From: Ascoidea asiatica JCM 7603
Taxonomy: Eukaryota; Fungi; Ascomycota
Direction of reading: 5' to 3'
Assembly: GCA_001600695.1 (NCBI GenBank)
Contig: BCKQ01000001.1
Coordinates: 1,738,005-1,802,004, forward strand
DNA length: 64,000 bases
Shown here: positions 36,979 through 48,114 of the stretch, piece by piece
How the letters are laid out: each line of letters opens with the position of its first letter
Position numbering within the stretch: the first letter of the stretch is position 1
Made by a program: the position numbers and the translations under genes
Notes under the pieces: model-generated
The model's database searches: none
What the model saw: only the letters and a program-made list of their open reading frames with translations
What the model was told of the DNA's origin: nothing

Positions 36979-37673
36979 AGCTTGATAAATACAAAACTTT
37001 ACTGATTCATATTCATAATCAATTTATTTTTTTATAGATCATTCAAAATATCTTAAATATTCAATATCATCTTCTGTAAATCCTCTGAAAAATATTCAAT
37101 TTTGCACTAGGTTTACTTTCACTCAAGAATTTTTTTTTTTCTTCAGTTGAAGATCACAAACGGTTAAAGTTTGAAAAGTAGAAGATCCGCAAACATGGTC
37201 TCAATATCCATTTATTCGAAATTATGAAATGTTTTGGTGTTTTTGAAGTATTTGAAGTATTTGAAGACAGTGCGAGTGTTTTATGAGAAGCACAAAAGCA
37301 TCAATGCATCATTGAAACAGGGTGAGAGAACTGAAATGGTCAGCATGTTTTGGGTTAGAGAAGAGCCCTCTGGAACTAGATGGATATGGCTGGTGTTTAC
37401 TGGTAGAGCAGATTTCAATGGTTTTGGATTAACTGTTCGCTATTGAAACTTAGAAGCAAAAAATTGAGTGAATCAATTAACTTGAAGTTTTAATAAAGAA
37501 GGTCAAATAAATTATTTATTAGAAACAAGCTGAGTAAATTCTATGTTCAATTCAATTAAATCTAGACTTGACTTCAATGAGGTCTGAATTATTTCGGGGT
37601 CTAGTGTTTTAGTTATTGAAAACCATATCATAAAATAAAATAGTATAAAATAAAATATATATAAAAAAAAAAG

Positions 37674-39866
37674 ATGAAGTTAATCCAATCAGATTTATCA
37701 ACAGATGCTAAAGGATGTAATACTAATGGGAATTTTCAAACAGATCTTGAAAAATCATTGGGTGGACCTGCTAATGTCAAATATCTAGGCTCAGATAATA
37801 CTTTTAGTATAAATAATTATGGTTTCAGTTCAGATAATCCCATTATTCATACTCCAAACTCAATTTTTAATAAAAAGTTTCAATTTGAAAATAATTCAAT
37901 AGAAGTTTCTAAGAATGTTGAAGAATTTAATAATGAATTTGGGTTTAAAATTACTTTAAGTTCTGAAAATGAATATTTTAGTAGTAATTCAAATATGCTA
38001 CAAAAGCAAAATATAAATACAAAAGAAAAACATTTCAAAAAAGAAGATGAAACAAATTTGGGTAATGTTAATGGTAATATCATTAAAATTGAAAATACTC
38101 CAAATTCACTTATTATATCAGGTATGTCAAATGAAGAAATTTTAAAAGAAATTAAAAATCTTATTAAAAATTTATCAAAAACTTTGAATATTTCTGATGA
38201 AAATTCTTGTGAATTACTTTTAATTAGTTTTAATTGGGACAAAGAAATTTTATTAAATCAATTTAATAATTTAAGAAAAAATGTTGAAAGTCATAGAAAA
38301 TTTTTTGTTGAAAATGGTATAATTCCAAATAATAAATTAATTTCAAAATTAGAAATTAAAGATCAATTAGGAGATAGATTAAAAATAGAATCAAATTCTC
38401 TTTTTAACATAAAATTTCAAAAAAAATTAAATACAAAGTTAAAAACAAAATTAAAAACAAAATTAATTTCAAAAAATTTAGTAACTTTATCAGAAAGTGA
38501 TTTAGAATCCGATATAGAAAGTGAAATTGAAACGGAGATTGAAACTGGAATTGAAAGTGAAATTGAAAACAATTCATCAAAATTAGAACCTCAAAATGAT
38601 ATTAAAAAAATAACGAAACCATTTAAATTTGATAAATGTCAAATATGTTTAGAAAAATATAATAGTAATGACTTAATTGGTTTGAAATGTAATCACTTAT
38701 TTTGTGAAACTTGTTATAATGATTATATTATAACAGTATTCAATACAAATTTCAATCCAATAAATTATATTAAATGTCCAAATTTAAATTGTAAGTTAAG
38801 AATTACTAAAGAAAATTTAAAAGAATTATTTTTTTCACAAGATATTTCAAATAATAATGATAATATAAGAGAAATAATAGATAAAAAATGGGATGAATAT
38901 TTAATTAAATCATATGTAAACTCAAATAATTCTTCAATTAAATATTGTCCATATCCAAATTGTAATTGTTTGGTAAGATATGAATTTGATAATATATACA
39001 ATGAAAATAACTTTGAAACAAATTGCATTTATAAAGTTAATTGTTCCAAGGATCATGAATTTTGTTTTAATTGTATCGAATTGGCTACTTTAGAAAATCA
39101 TTTTAATCAAAACTGTTGTTATGCATCAAAATGTTCATTAAACAATCTGAAAACAATTAGATATAAACATATTAACTGTAAAATGTGTCCAAATTGTAAA
39201 GTTCTAATTGAAAAAATCAATGGATCTGATAAAATTACTTGTGAAAATTGTAGGATTAGTTTCAGTTGGTTTACTCAAAAATATTATCCAATTCCTAAAG
39301 AATTAGAAGAAAAATATATTCAAACATTTGGTGAAATTGAAAATATATCATTATATAAAGAAGATATTATATATGAAATTATAAATGAAAAACAAAGTGA
39401 AAATGAATCTGAAAATGAAATTCAAATTAATAAAGATAAAAATGATAAGAATTTGAAAAAAATAATAAAAGCATTAATCTATATTTTGCAAAGTTTGGGA
39501 GCTATTTTAGGATATTTATTTGTTGTTGGATATTTTCCAATCTTTTTTTGGATTGGAACAAAAAATATGGAAGAAAAAAAATATTTTAATAGTGAAAAAG
39601 CATTACCATTTCAAATTTTTGTTTTAGGATTTCAATTTGTTATATTTTCAGCAACTGTGAAAGTTGTAAGTTTAAGTAATTTTATAAAATCTATGATAAT
39701 TACAAGTCCACTTGTTACAATACCAAGTTATATTGCAACTGTTATTATTTCATGGTATTTTGCAGAGAGAATTGAAATTTTCTTTACCTATTTAATAATT
39801 TCAATTTTAGAAATCTTTCTTTATATATATTGTCAAATAATGTATATTCGAAAAAAGTCAAATTAG
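37674..39866 (+). CDS. Ariadne/Hel1-like RBR (RING1-IBR-RING2) protein with degenerate RING2 and C-terminal transmembrane helices
   Basis: UBA-like LLLISFNWDKEILL; RING1 CQIC..CNHLFCETC..CPNLNC; IBR CPYPNC..C..DHEFCFNC; RING2-like CPNCKVLIEK; about four hydrophobic segments at the end. Confidence 0.8.
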   Translation: MKLIQSDLSTDAKGCNTNGNFQTDLEKSLGGPANVKYLGSDNTFSINNYGFSSDNPIIHTPNSIFNKKFQFENNSIEVSKNVEEFNNEFGFKITLSSENEYFSSNSNMLQKQNINTKEKHFKKEDETNLGNVNGNIIKIENTPNSLIISGMSNEEILKEIKNLIKNLSKTLNISDENSCELLLISFNWDKEILLNQFNNLRKNVESHRKFFVENGIIPNNKLISKLEIKDQLGDRLKIESNSLFNIKFQKKLNTKLKTKLKTKLISKNLVTLSESDLESDIESEIETEIETGIESEIENNSSKLEPQNDIKKITKPFKFDKCQICLEKYNSNDLIGLKCNHLFCETCYNDYIITVFNTNFNPINYIKCPNLNCKLRITKENLKELFFSQDISNNNDNIREIIDKKWDEYLIKSYVNSNNSSIKYCPYPNCNCLVRYEFDNIYNENNFETNCIYKVNCSKDHEFCFNCIELATLENHFNQNCCYASKCSLNNLKTIRYKHINCKMCPNCKVLIEKINGSDKITCENCRISFSWFTQKYYPIPKELEEKYIQTFGEIENISLYKEDIIYEIINEKQSENESENEIQINKDKNDKNLKKIIKALIYILQSLGAILGYLFVVGYFPIFFWIGTKNMEEKKYFNSEKALPFQIFVLGFQFVIFSATVKVVSLSNFIKSMIITSPLVTIPSYIATVIISWYFAERIEIFFTYLIISILEIFLYIYCQIMYIRKKSN

Positions 39867-39890
39867 TCAAATAAGGAAACAAAATAAAGA

Positions 39891-40496
39891 TTAAAATAAA
39901 TTGTTTATTAAAGTATCAAAACTTTGAAGTGTATGATTGATTGAATCTTTAAAATTTATGGAACCGAATTTTAGATCATTTAAAACATCAATTAAATTAG
40001 ACAATTCTGACTGACTTGAGTTAATTTGATTATCTAAATCAGCAATTTCATGGTTCATTAAAAGATCAATTTTTCCTAATTGATGATTAAATTTCATTAA
40101 ATTTAAAAACTCATCATCATCATTATCATTATTTAGAGTACTACTAGTACTATTATTATCCATATTGAGATTTTTAATCGATTGTTTAATTATTAATTCA
40201 GGTGGATTAAAATTTAAGTTTATATCATTTTTAATCTGTTCATGCCTTTTTTTAAAACTGGAATTTAAATCATTATATATTATTCTTAATTCATTTATTT
40301 GATTATTTTCATTAATATCACTGTTTTCATTATGTACTTCATTAAATTGATTTAATATTTTCTTCTTTTTTTTATCTTTTATTGGAACTTTTTTCAAAAA
40401 CTCTTCGAAAGTTGGAAAAGTGTTGTTAGATGAAAGATAAGATTCTAAGATCTCAAAAGAGTTAGGAATATCACTGTCATTTAATAAAGCATCCAT
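39891..40496 (-). CDS. NKP2: Probable inner-kinetochore Cnl2/Nkp2-family protein
   Basis: ILESYL...PTFEEF...P...LRIIYNDL...R...I..DI pattern resembles the Cnl2/NKP2 family as I recall it; coiled-coil C-terminus ending LNDLKFG. Confidence 0.5.
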   Translation of the reverse strand: MDALLNDSDIPNSFEILESYLSSNNTFPTFEEFLKKVPIKDKKKKKILNQFNEVHNENSDINENNQINELRIIYNDLNSSFKKRHEQIKNDINLNFNPPELIIKQSIKNLNMDNNSTSSTLNNDNDDDEFLNLMKFNHQLGKIDLLMNHEIADLDNQINSSQSELSNLIDVLNDLKFGSINFKDSINHTLQSFDTLINNLF

Positions 40497-40880
40497 TTTT
40501 ACCTCATTTATCCTTATTTATTAATTAACAAATATGGATTATCAAATATGGATTATCAATTGTGAATCATGGATCAGCAATTGTCAAATATAAATCTAAT
40601 AAATAATTAGAAATAATAAATAATAAATCATAAAAACATTCGATAAATAAATAAATAAACATAAACTCGAGCTTCTTCAGTTGCAGGCTCCGTGTGCTGA
40701 CGTAAGCCTTGGAATGAGCGTAGCTTCAACAATGTTCCCGCTCTGTTGTGGCGAAACCATTCAATTCTGTCTTTGCCTTCCTAATCTGGTTTAAATAGGA
40801 TAAAGAGAACAGAAGAACAGAAGAACAGAAGAATAGAAAGAATAATTTGAAGTATTTGATGTTCCAATTGCCCATTCATT

Positions 40881-43346
40881 ATGTTTATTCCTGCCAAAGT
40901 ATCTTATTTAGCCATATACAATCCTTCTTTTAGTTCCAATGAAAACAATATTCTCGATCAATTGATAGCTTATGTCACTCCATCTTCCGTTGACAACTCC
41001 AATACCATATCCAATTCTCACTCAAATTCTCACTCAAATTCTCACTCAAATTCAACTTCAACTAATGAATCATTCCTGGATAATGTAGATAATAATATAA
41101 AATTAAATCAAATTGGTCTTATTCAAGGTATAAATGGTTTTGCAAAAGATTTCTCAAAAGATAATGCAAATTTAGATTCCATAAATACTTTAAAATCAAA
41201 GATTTTTATTAAAAATTTAGAAGAAAATTATTGGTTAATTTTATCAATCAATTTATCAAAAATAAAATATAGTAAGTATGATAACTTACTGACATTTGAT
41301 AACTCTAAGCTAAATACAAATTATAATTCAAATTCTAACGCCAATTCAAATTTAAATACGAATAATAATCTTAATAATAATAATAATAATGCCAACAACA
41401 ATGGAAATATTGATAATAATATTCCTAATGCTGAATATAGCTTACATTTAAATTTAAATTCAAATTCAAATACAAATCCCAACACCAACTTAAACTCAAA
41501 TTCACTCTATCAATACAATTATTTTTCAAAAGATTTACCTTCGAATAGTTGTTTATTAAATATTATTCAATTATCTTATATATATTTCAAATTGAACTAT
41601 GGTTCTTTTGATTATATAATTAAAAACTATTCAAAAGAAAAATTATCCAATCTTTTAAAACAATATTATTTGAAATTTATATTAAATTTTAAAATTTTAA
41701 ATAAATTAGTGATTTTAAATAATTTAAAATTTTTAAATTCTTATTATTTAAAATTCAATTTAAATTTAATTTCTTTTACTCAATTAAATGATTTTTTAAC
41801 AATTTCTTCTAATTTTTCAAATAATTCAATCGATAATAATATTGAAATAAATAAAATTAATAAAAATAATAAAAGTAATAAAAATAAAAATAAAAATAAT
41901 ATTAATATTAATATAAATAATGAAATTAATTTAAATTCAAAATTAAAATTAAAATTCAATGAAAACTTAAATTATTTTATATCAAAATTATTATCTTTTA
42001 AATCACATAATGATCAAAATTTAATTGATTTAATAATATACAATTCAAATTCAAATTCAACTTCTAGTTCAAACTTAAATAAAAAATCTCATCATGGCCT
42101 TATTTTTAAAGGTTGGAATAATATATCTTTAAATTCTTTATTATCTTTATATTCATGGCTTGAATTACATGATTTGAATAATAATTTGAATAAAAAAAAT
42201 TGTTTAAATTTATTAGATTCAAATATTCCTTTAATATTTAATGATTTTATAAATAATAATAATAATAACATTAATAATATTAATATTATTAATAATAATA
42301 ATTATCAATTATTTAATCAATCAATAAATTTTGAAACTTTTAATCCCTTTATTAAAACTTTTGAAAATACAAAATCTGCTTTAAATTCTTTACAAACCTT
42401 TACTTCTGATCAATTAAATAATTTAAATCCAATTAGTCATTTATCTAATTTAAATAACTTAAATAACTTAAATAATTTAAATAATTTAATTGATATTGAT
42501 ATTGATTTAAATCCAATGACTAATGGTGTTTCAAATAATATTTCAAATGGTTTAAATACTGTTTTAATTAATCCAGTTAATAATATTTTAAATTCAACTA
42601 AAGATTTAACAAGAGATATAACTAAAGATTTAGGTAGAAAATTATTTCCTTGGAATAGAAATTCAAATAATTTGAACCCTAACTCAAGTAATGAAAATGT
42701 AAATTCAACTACAAGTACAAGTACAAATACAACAACAAATAGAAGTTCAAATTTGAGTAATAATAATAGTAATAATGATAATACTATTAATCGTGATGAT
42801 ACTCAAAATACTTTATTTTCCTCATTTGATGGAAACTATTTAATTGGATTGAATGAAAATGTTTCTTCAGCTTCTATTGATTCTAATCATTTAATTAATA
42901 ATAATAATAATGATAACAGTTCTTCTAATTTCAATCATGATTTAGATCTGAGTAGTAACAATAATAGTGAAAATGATAATAGTGAAAATGAAGATGATAA
43001 TTATATTGATAATGACAATAATGAAGACAATATTTCATCTAAAATAATGCATATGTATTTAGAGTCCTCAAACGAAGTAATAGAAGAGAAAAAATTAAAA
43101 TTAATTATTTATAATATTACAAAACCAATAACTAAGGAAGTTGCAATTGATCATAATAATGAATTAAATATTAATTTTGTTTTATTGTATAATTCAAATT
43201 ATAAGGATTTGAATTCTAGTTCATTTTATTTGACATTAAAAAAAAATTTGAATGACTTATATATTATTTTGAATGATTTGATTGTATCATTTATCAAGTT
43301 AAGAAAATCATTAATCGAGGATGTAAATACAAATAATTCAAAATAA
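40881..43346 (+). CDS. CCZ1: Vacuolar fusion protein Ccz1 (longin domain, Mon1-Ccz1 GEF)
   Basis: IPAKVSYLAIYNPS...DQLIAY, KLNQIGLIQGINGFAKDFS and LEENYWLILSINL match the fungal Ccz1 N-terminal longin domain; many Asn insertions. Confidence 0.8.
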   Translation: MFIPAKVSYLAIYNPSFSSNENNILDQLIAYVTPSSVDNSNTISNSHSNSHSNSHSNSTSTNESFLDNVDNNIKLNQIGLIQGINGFAKDFSKDNANLDSINTLKSKIFIKNLEENYWLILSINLSKIKYSKYDNLLTFDNSKLNTNYNSNSNANSNLNTNNNLNNNNNNANNNGNIDNNIPNAEYSLHLNLNSNSNTNPNTNLNSNSLYQYNYFSKDLPSNSCLLNIIQLSYIYFKLNYGSFDYIIKNYSKEKLSNLLKQYYLKFILNFKILNKLVILNNLKFLNSYYLKFNLNLISFTQLNDFLTISSNFSNNSIDNNIEINKINKNNKSNKNKNKNNINININNEINLNSKLKLKFNENLNYFISKLLSFKSHNDQNLIDLIIYNSNSNSTSSSNLNKKSHHGLIFKGWNNISLNSLLSLYSWLELHDLNNNLNKKNCLNLLDSNIPLIFNDFINNNNNNINNINIINNNNYQLFNQSINFETFNPFIKTFENTKSALNSLQTFTSDQLNNLNPISHLSNLNNLNNLNNLNNLIDIDIDLNPMTNGVSNNISNGLNTVLINPVNNILNSTKDLTRDITKDLGRKLFPWNRNSNNLNPNSSNENVNSTTSTSTNTTTNRSSNLSNNNSNNDNTINRDDTQNTLFSSFDGNYLIGLNENVSSASIDSNHLINNNNNDNSSSNFNHDLDLSSNNNSENDNSENEDDNYIDNDNNEDNISSKIMHMYLESSNEVIEEKKLKLIIYNITKPITKEVAIDHNNELNINFVLLYNSNYKDLNSSSFYLTLKKNLNDLYIILNDLIVSFIKLRKSLIEDVNTNNSK

Positions 43347-45417
43347 AGGTGGTGAAATTTAAACATATCTAAAGTAAATAAATTAAATTAAATTGAATTA
43401 AAATAAAATAAAATAAAATAAAATGAAATTAAATTAAATTAAATTAAAATAGAATCAAATAAGAAAAAATAAGAGTAAATAAGAATAAGCAAAAATAGGA
43501 TTTATACTTTATCCCCGTGTTGCACCCCAAATAGTCTGGATGTTGGATGTGGGGCTTCTTGCTGGGGAGCTGCAAATAATCTGCTGTTATTTATTCAAGT
43601 TGAGGCCCTTCATGCTGACAGGGAGAAATATTCGCTTACAGCAATAAAAAAGGAAACAAAACATGAAATGAAAGGAATGAATGGAAAGTGCTGGATTTGT
43701 ACTTCTTTTGGCTAATTATTGGTTTTATATTTTTGTCCCCGAACCTAAGCAAGCTTGCTTTGTTAGGAACTATGTTGATATGTTTGAGGTTCAACACTTT
43801 GCATAAACCAATTCATTTCAAGAAAATAGCAAAATATCGGATGGATTTTGAAAATAATACTGTTCAGTTGATATCTTGCCTAATCCTATCGTTGATCTAA
43901 TCATATTATGCTTATAATGTATTTTATTACGTTATTTTCACTGATGCCATGGTTAACTATTGAGATTATTTCATTACAAAAGACTTTTTTCTCGAGTAAT
44001 CCCGGAACAACCTAATCAGCCATGCTATTACCCCATACTTTTTAGTAGCCGCATTCAAGTTTGATGAAGACAATACTAGAACCACCCACATCCTATGTGT
44101 GAATTATTGATAACATTAAGAAGTTTATCAGCATTTATTAGAGAATTCACCTTCTAGGGGTTTATAATATATTTTACAGATGAATGATTCAAGGATAGAA
44201 AGCTATTTCCATTTCAATTTTCTAATAACTATTAGGACTCGAATGTATTTCATTTTTATAATACTCAAGGTTACTGTTTTATTTTTATTCAGATTGGTCA
44301 CTTCATTTCCCTTCATTCATTTTGAAAATAAACTAGATTCAATAATTTTTTATTTGAACACCAAATGAAATTTCTTTTTGTTATTTCTTGAAGATTATAG
44401 TTTCATGTCGAGAAATTATTTATTCTAATTACCTTCTGCAATATTCTTTTCTGCGAGATTTAATATTTTTGTTTCAAAACTAAAATAATTTGTGTAAATT
44501 CAAACTTATTATGATAAAAATTTAAGTGTGTTTTTTTTTTCAAAGCAATCAAAATAATAGTGTTATAACTTTAAATGAGAAAATTAATCTATATTAGCAT
44601 TTTTTGGAATATTTTGAAATCTGATTTTAATTATAGGTTCATATTTCATTGAGCTCATAAATATTCTTGTATGAAGATAATTTAAAACTCTAAATATCTA
44701 AGATTATTATTAAAAAAGCTAATACTCAATGATTATTAATAATGGTTGGTGTATTAGTTTGAAATATTACTTGGCTTTGTTAATTTTTAGCAAAAACAAA
44801 TTTCTGAAATACTCGTGTATCTATTTTCATATTTTTTTCCTTTTTTTGATGTGAGCTGTTTTATCCACAGATTTCGATTCTTTACAATCAAAAAGTTGAA
44901 GGATACGAAAATAAATAATAATAAAATTTGAATATTTCGATATACTATTTAATAATGACTATAATTTATTTGCATTAAAGCAAAAATACTATTATGGACT
45001 AAATAAATGTTTCTTTACTGATCTGGTGATGAGAGTCATTGTGGTTAAGTCTATTTATTTTGTGAACTTCAATAATGTTTGTTGATTTTTTTCCAATATT
45101 AATACTCTCATAATTTTTTAACTAGTTATAAGCCTTTATTCTAAATTTGCTTGAAATTTGAATCAATTATGGATTCTTAGAGATCTCATCCAATATAAAA
45201 GTAGAGAATTTCTTTAATAATTATTATTTTTCGTTCTTGGAAAGTTTTATTTTTTGTTATGAAAATTTGTATACATCTCAAAAACAATTCAATTAATCAG
45301 TACTACAATCAATCAGTCAATCAATCAATCAATCAATCAATCAATTAATCAAATAATCAAATAATCAAATAATCAATTAATCAATCAATCAGCTAATATA
45401 TAAGTAATAATAAAAAA

Positions 45418-46305
45418 ATGTCTATAAGCTCAAATAGTATGGAGAAAACAGGCAAATTAAATAATTTAGAACAATTTGAATCAGGAGCAACTAAAACTCA
45501 TGGGGATAATGATTACATTATTCTTGGAAATAATAAAATTCTTAAAGATGATTTAATTAGTTCTTTAGTAATGAAAGATAACTATAAATATTTACCACTT
45601 TTGAAAAATAAACTTAATAACGTTAATAATAATGGTAATGTTGACGAAAGTGAAACTGGAAACAGCAATAATACTAATAATTGTTGTAATTCAAGTACTC
45701 CAAAAGCTAACTATTTACCAATGGGATTAGGAGTTTTTTCAATTACACTTTTTACATATTCATGTGCAAATGCTAGATGTCTTGGACTTGATATAGCTAA
45801 TGTTGCAGTTGGATTAGCATATTTTTGCGGAGGATTTATTTTAATGCTTGCAGGATTATTAGCATTTTTACAAGGTGATACATTTACAAGTTCATTATTT
45901 ATACCATTTGGAGGATTTTGGATATCATGGGCAGCTATAAATACAAATCAATTTGGAATTGTTACAGCATTTGGTACGGATACTGATGAATTAGGTAATG
46001 CTTTAGGATTCTTTTTATTATCATGGTCAATTTATTCATTTTTATTATGGATTTGTACATGGAAAGGTAGAATTGATTTTTTTATTGTTATGTTTTTATT
46101 ATTTTTTACATTATTATTATTATCAATTGCAAATTTTTCAGGTAGTGAAGGTGTAACTAAAGCTGGTGGTATATTTGGTATAATTTTATCAGTTTGTACA
46201 TTTTATGTTTCTTATACCGAGTTAAGTTCCTCAGATAATTCCTATTTAGTTTTAAATCAAGGTAAGAAAATTTTAAAAAGACAACAAAATGATGAAAAAG
46301 TCTAA
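45418..46305 (+). CDS. GPR1/FUN34/YaaH (ATO/ADY2) family acetate/ammonium transporter
   Basis: Six TM segments, AN..PMGL..F..T, FCGG, FGGFWISW, LGFFL..W, KAGGIFG, NSY. Confidence 0.9.
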   Translation: MSISSNSMEKTGKLNNLEQFESGATKTHGDNDYIILGNNKILKDDLISSLVMKDNYKYLPLLKNKLNNVNNNGNVDESETGNSNNTNNCCNSSTPKANYLPMGLGVFSITLFTYSCANARCLGLDIANVAVGLAYFCGGFILMLAGLLAFLQGDTFTSSLFIPFGGFWISWAAINTNQFGIVTAFGTDTDELGNALGFFLLSWSIYSFLLWICTWKGRIDFFIVMFLLFFTLLLLSIANFSGSEGVTKAGGIFGIILSVCTFYVSYTELSSSDNSYLVLNQGKKILKRQQNDEKV

Positions 46306-46674
46306 ATTGAAAAAAGTTGATCTTATTTTTTTTCTGTTTTTATTCATTTTCTATTGCTTTTCTAACCGTATTCTCTTCAATTGATTCTCTCAATCAAACA
46401 GTATATAAAAAATCTCAAAACGGTTTTTTAATTTTTTAATTTTTTAATTTTTTAACTTTTTAATTTATGATATTTTATGATATTTTTATTTTTTACTTTC
46501 TTCTTCTTCTTCTTTTTTTTTCATACAAAATCATTGGTAACTAAATAAAAAACAGTTTCAAACTTTTTTGATTTAAACAAAATGTAGGTAGCAAATGATT
46601 ATAGTTATTTGGTTATATTGAGACTTGCAATTTTCATTGAGAATATATTCACAAAATATAACCAACAAGAAACA

Positions 46675-46768
46675 GCCTGGCTAGCGTAATGGTTAACGCG
46701 TCTGACTTCTATTAGAAAATTTCAAATGAGTCATCAGAAGATTGTGGGTTCGACTCCCACGTCGGGTG
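46675..46768 (+). tRNA. tRNA-Arg(TCT) with a 21-nt intron (46712-46732)
   Basis: Cloverleaf: GCCTGGC/GTCGGGT acceptor stem, TCTGA-CT-TCT-A[intron]A-TCAGA anticodon arm, GTTCGACTC B box, T-run terminator. Confidence 0.93.
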
Positions 46769-46894
46769 CTTTTTTTTCAGAATTTATTACTATAATTGTT
46801 AAAATTAAATTATTTTGAATATTTGATTATGTAATATTAGCTTGTAAGAAGGAACTCATCATTTTTAAATAGGATTATTGTTATGTAAGATTAA

Positions 46895-46965
46895 GCGTAA
46901 GTGGTTTAGTGGTAAAATTCGACGTTGCCATCGTCGGGCCCCCGGTTCAATTCCGGGCTTACGCA
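46895..46965 (+). tRNA. tRNA-Gly(GCC)
   Basis: GCGTAAG/CTTACGC acceptor stem, CGACG-TT-GCC-AT-CGTCG anticodon arm, GGTTCAATTCC, T-run terminator. Confidence 0.96.
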
Positions 46966-47565
46966 TTTTTTTGTAAATTTTTACATTTTCAGTCTAAAAC
47001 TATTTCAGAGCTTTTATAATAAGTTCTAAAGCTTTTTATATAATGAATTTCAATAAAATATTCAAAAGTTTATAAAATCTTTTAACTGATTTCTTTATCA
47101 GGAATATTCAATAATTGGATGATTTATTATGATTTTCCTAGTCAAATTGATTAAAAATAGATATCCTTAGAAGGGTGATGGTTTGCATCCAAAAATTTTA
47201 AAACCAAGAAGAATAAATGAATTAATTTATTCTTGGTTCAGTTTTAAGAATATCTTAATAAAAATTTTGAGCTTTTAGTAGGATTTATCTTTTGATAAAA
47301 ATTTATCTCTGCTTGTTCAATACCATTGTTCCATTATACTTCTGCACAATTTACAATTTGTTTCAAAATTCCTGGCCTGTTATTAAATTACGACTTGTTT
47401 TTTTTATAAACGATTTGCCCTTTTCAAAACATATACTAAAATCCAAGAGTGCTTCTTAACTTTTTGTTAAAAAAAAAATAGTTTTCCTCTTGATATGACT
47501 TTTTTGAAATGACTTTAGAAAATGATTCAACAAACTAAATAAGGTTTAGGTTCACCGCTGATTGC

Positions 47566-47605
47566 AGAAATTTCTAGAATTTTCCGGACAATTCTGGATT
47601 TTTCT
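47566..47605. promoter_or_regulatory. Heat-shock element array (Hsf1)
   Basis: aGAAatTTCtaGAAttTTCc is a perfect 4-unit HSE, continuing in phase as gGACaaTTCtgGATttTTCt; about 530 bp upstream of the small HSP gene. Confidence 0.8.
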
Positions 47606-47778
47606 AAAGTTACAAGAAAAAAAAGATTTGTTTTGAGAAACTTGTTAGAAGTTGTTTGTACTTTCAACTTGAACAAAAACAATAATATTCCCATTGGCTT
47701 CAAAGTTAACTGCAAATTACTTTAACAGAAAAAACAATTTTATTAAAGGCTTTTTTTTTTATAATTTTAAAACTATTT

Positions 47779-47803
47779 AGAATGTACTAGAAAATCTTAG
47801 AAC
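47779..47803. promoter_or_regulatory. Step-type heat-shock element
   Basis: aGAAtgtactaGAAaatcttaGAAc has GAA every 10 bp; TATAAAA follows at 47924-47930. Confidence 0.65.
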
Positions 47804-48114
47804 CTATTCGACTAATTTGTTACGCTTTTTTCATCAACCCAATTAAAATAATTTTCAATTGAAAAACAATAGCAATAAGTTTTTTTATTACTTTTCATGA
47901 ATTGGTCTGTTCATTGAAAATAATATAAAAGGTGAAGATGTTTTCTAAAAGTTCAACTTTCAAATTTTTATTTTTTATTTTTTTTTTTTTGGTCTATCAA
48001 TCAATCAATTAATTAATCTAAATCCATTAATATTTTAAACTTACAATAATAACTAAATCTTTTTTTACCTTTATTTATAAAATTCTTAAATTCAAAATCA
48101 ATTAACAATTAAAA

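Noticed and set aside
46675-46965. Dicistronic tRNA-Arg/tRNA-Gly transcript
   Set aside because: The genes are 126 bp apart and tRNA-Arg has its own T-run terminator.
46970-47400. Solo LTR or MITE near the tRNAs (14-bp bulged inverted repeat at 47202-47238)
   Set aside because: No TG...CA ends or target-site duplication; short AT-rich inverted repeats are expected by chance.
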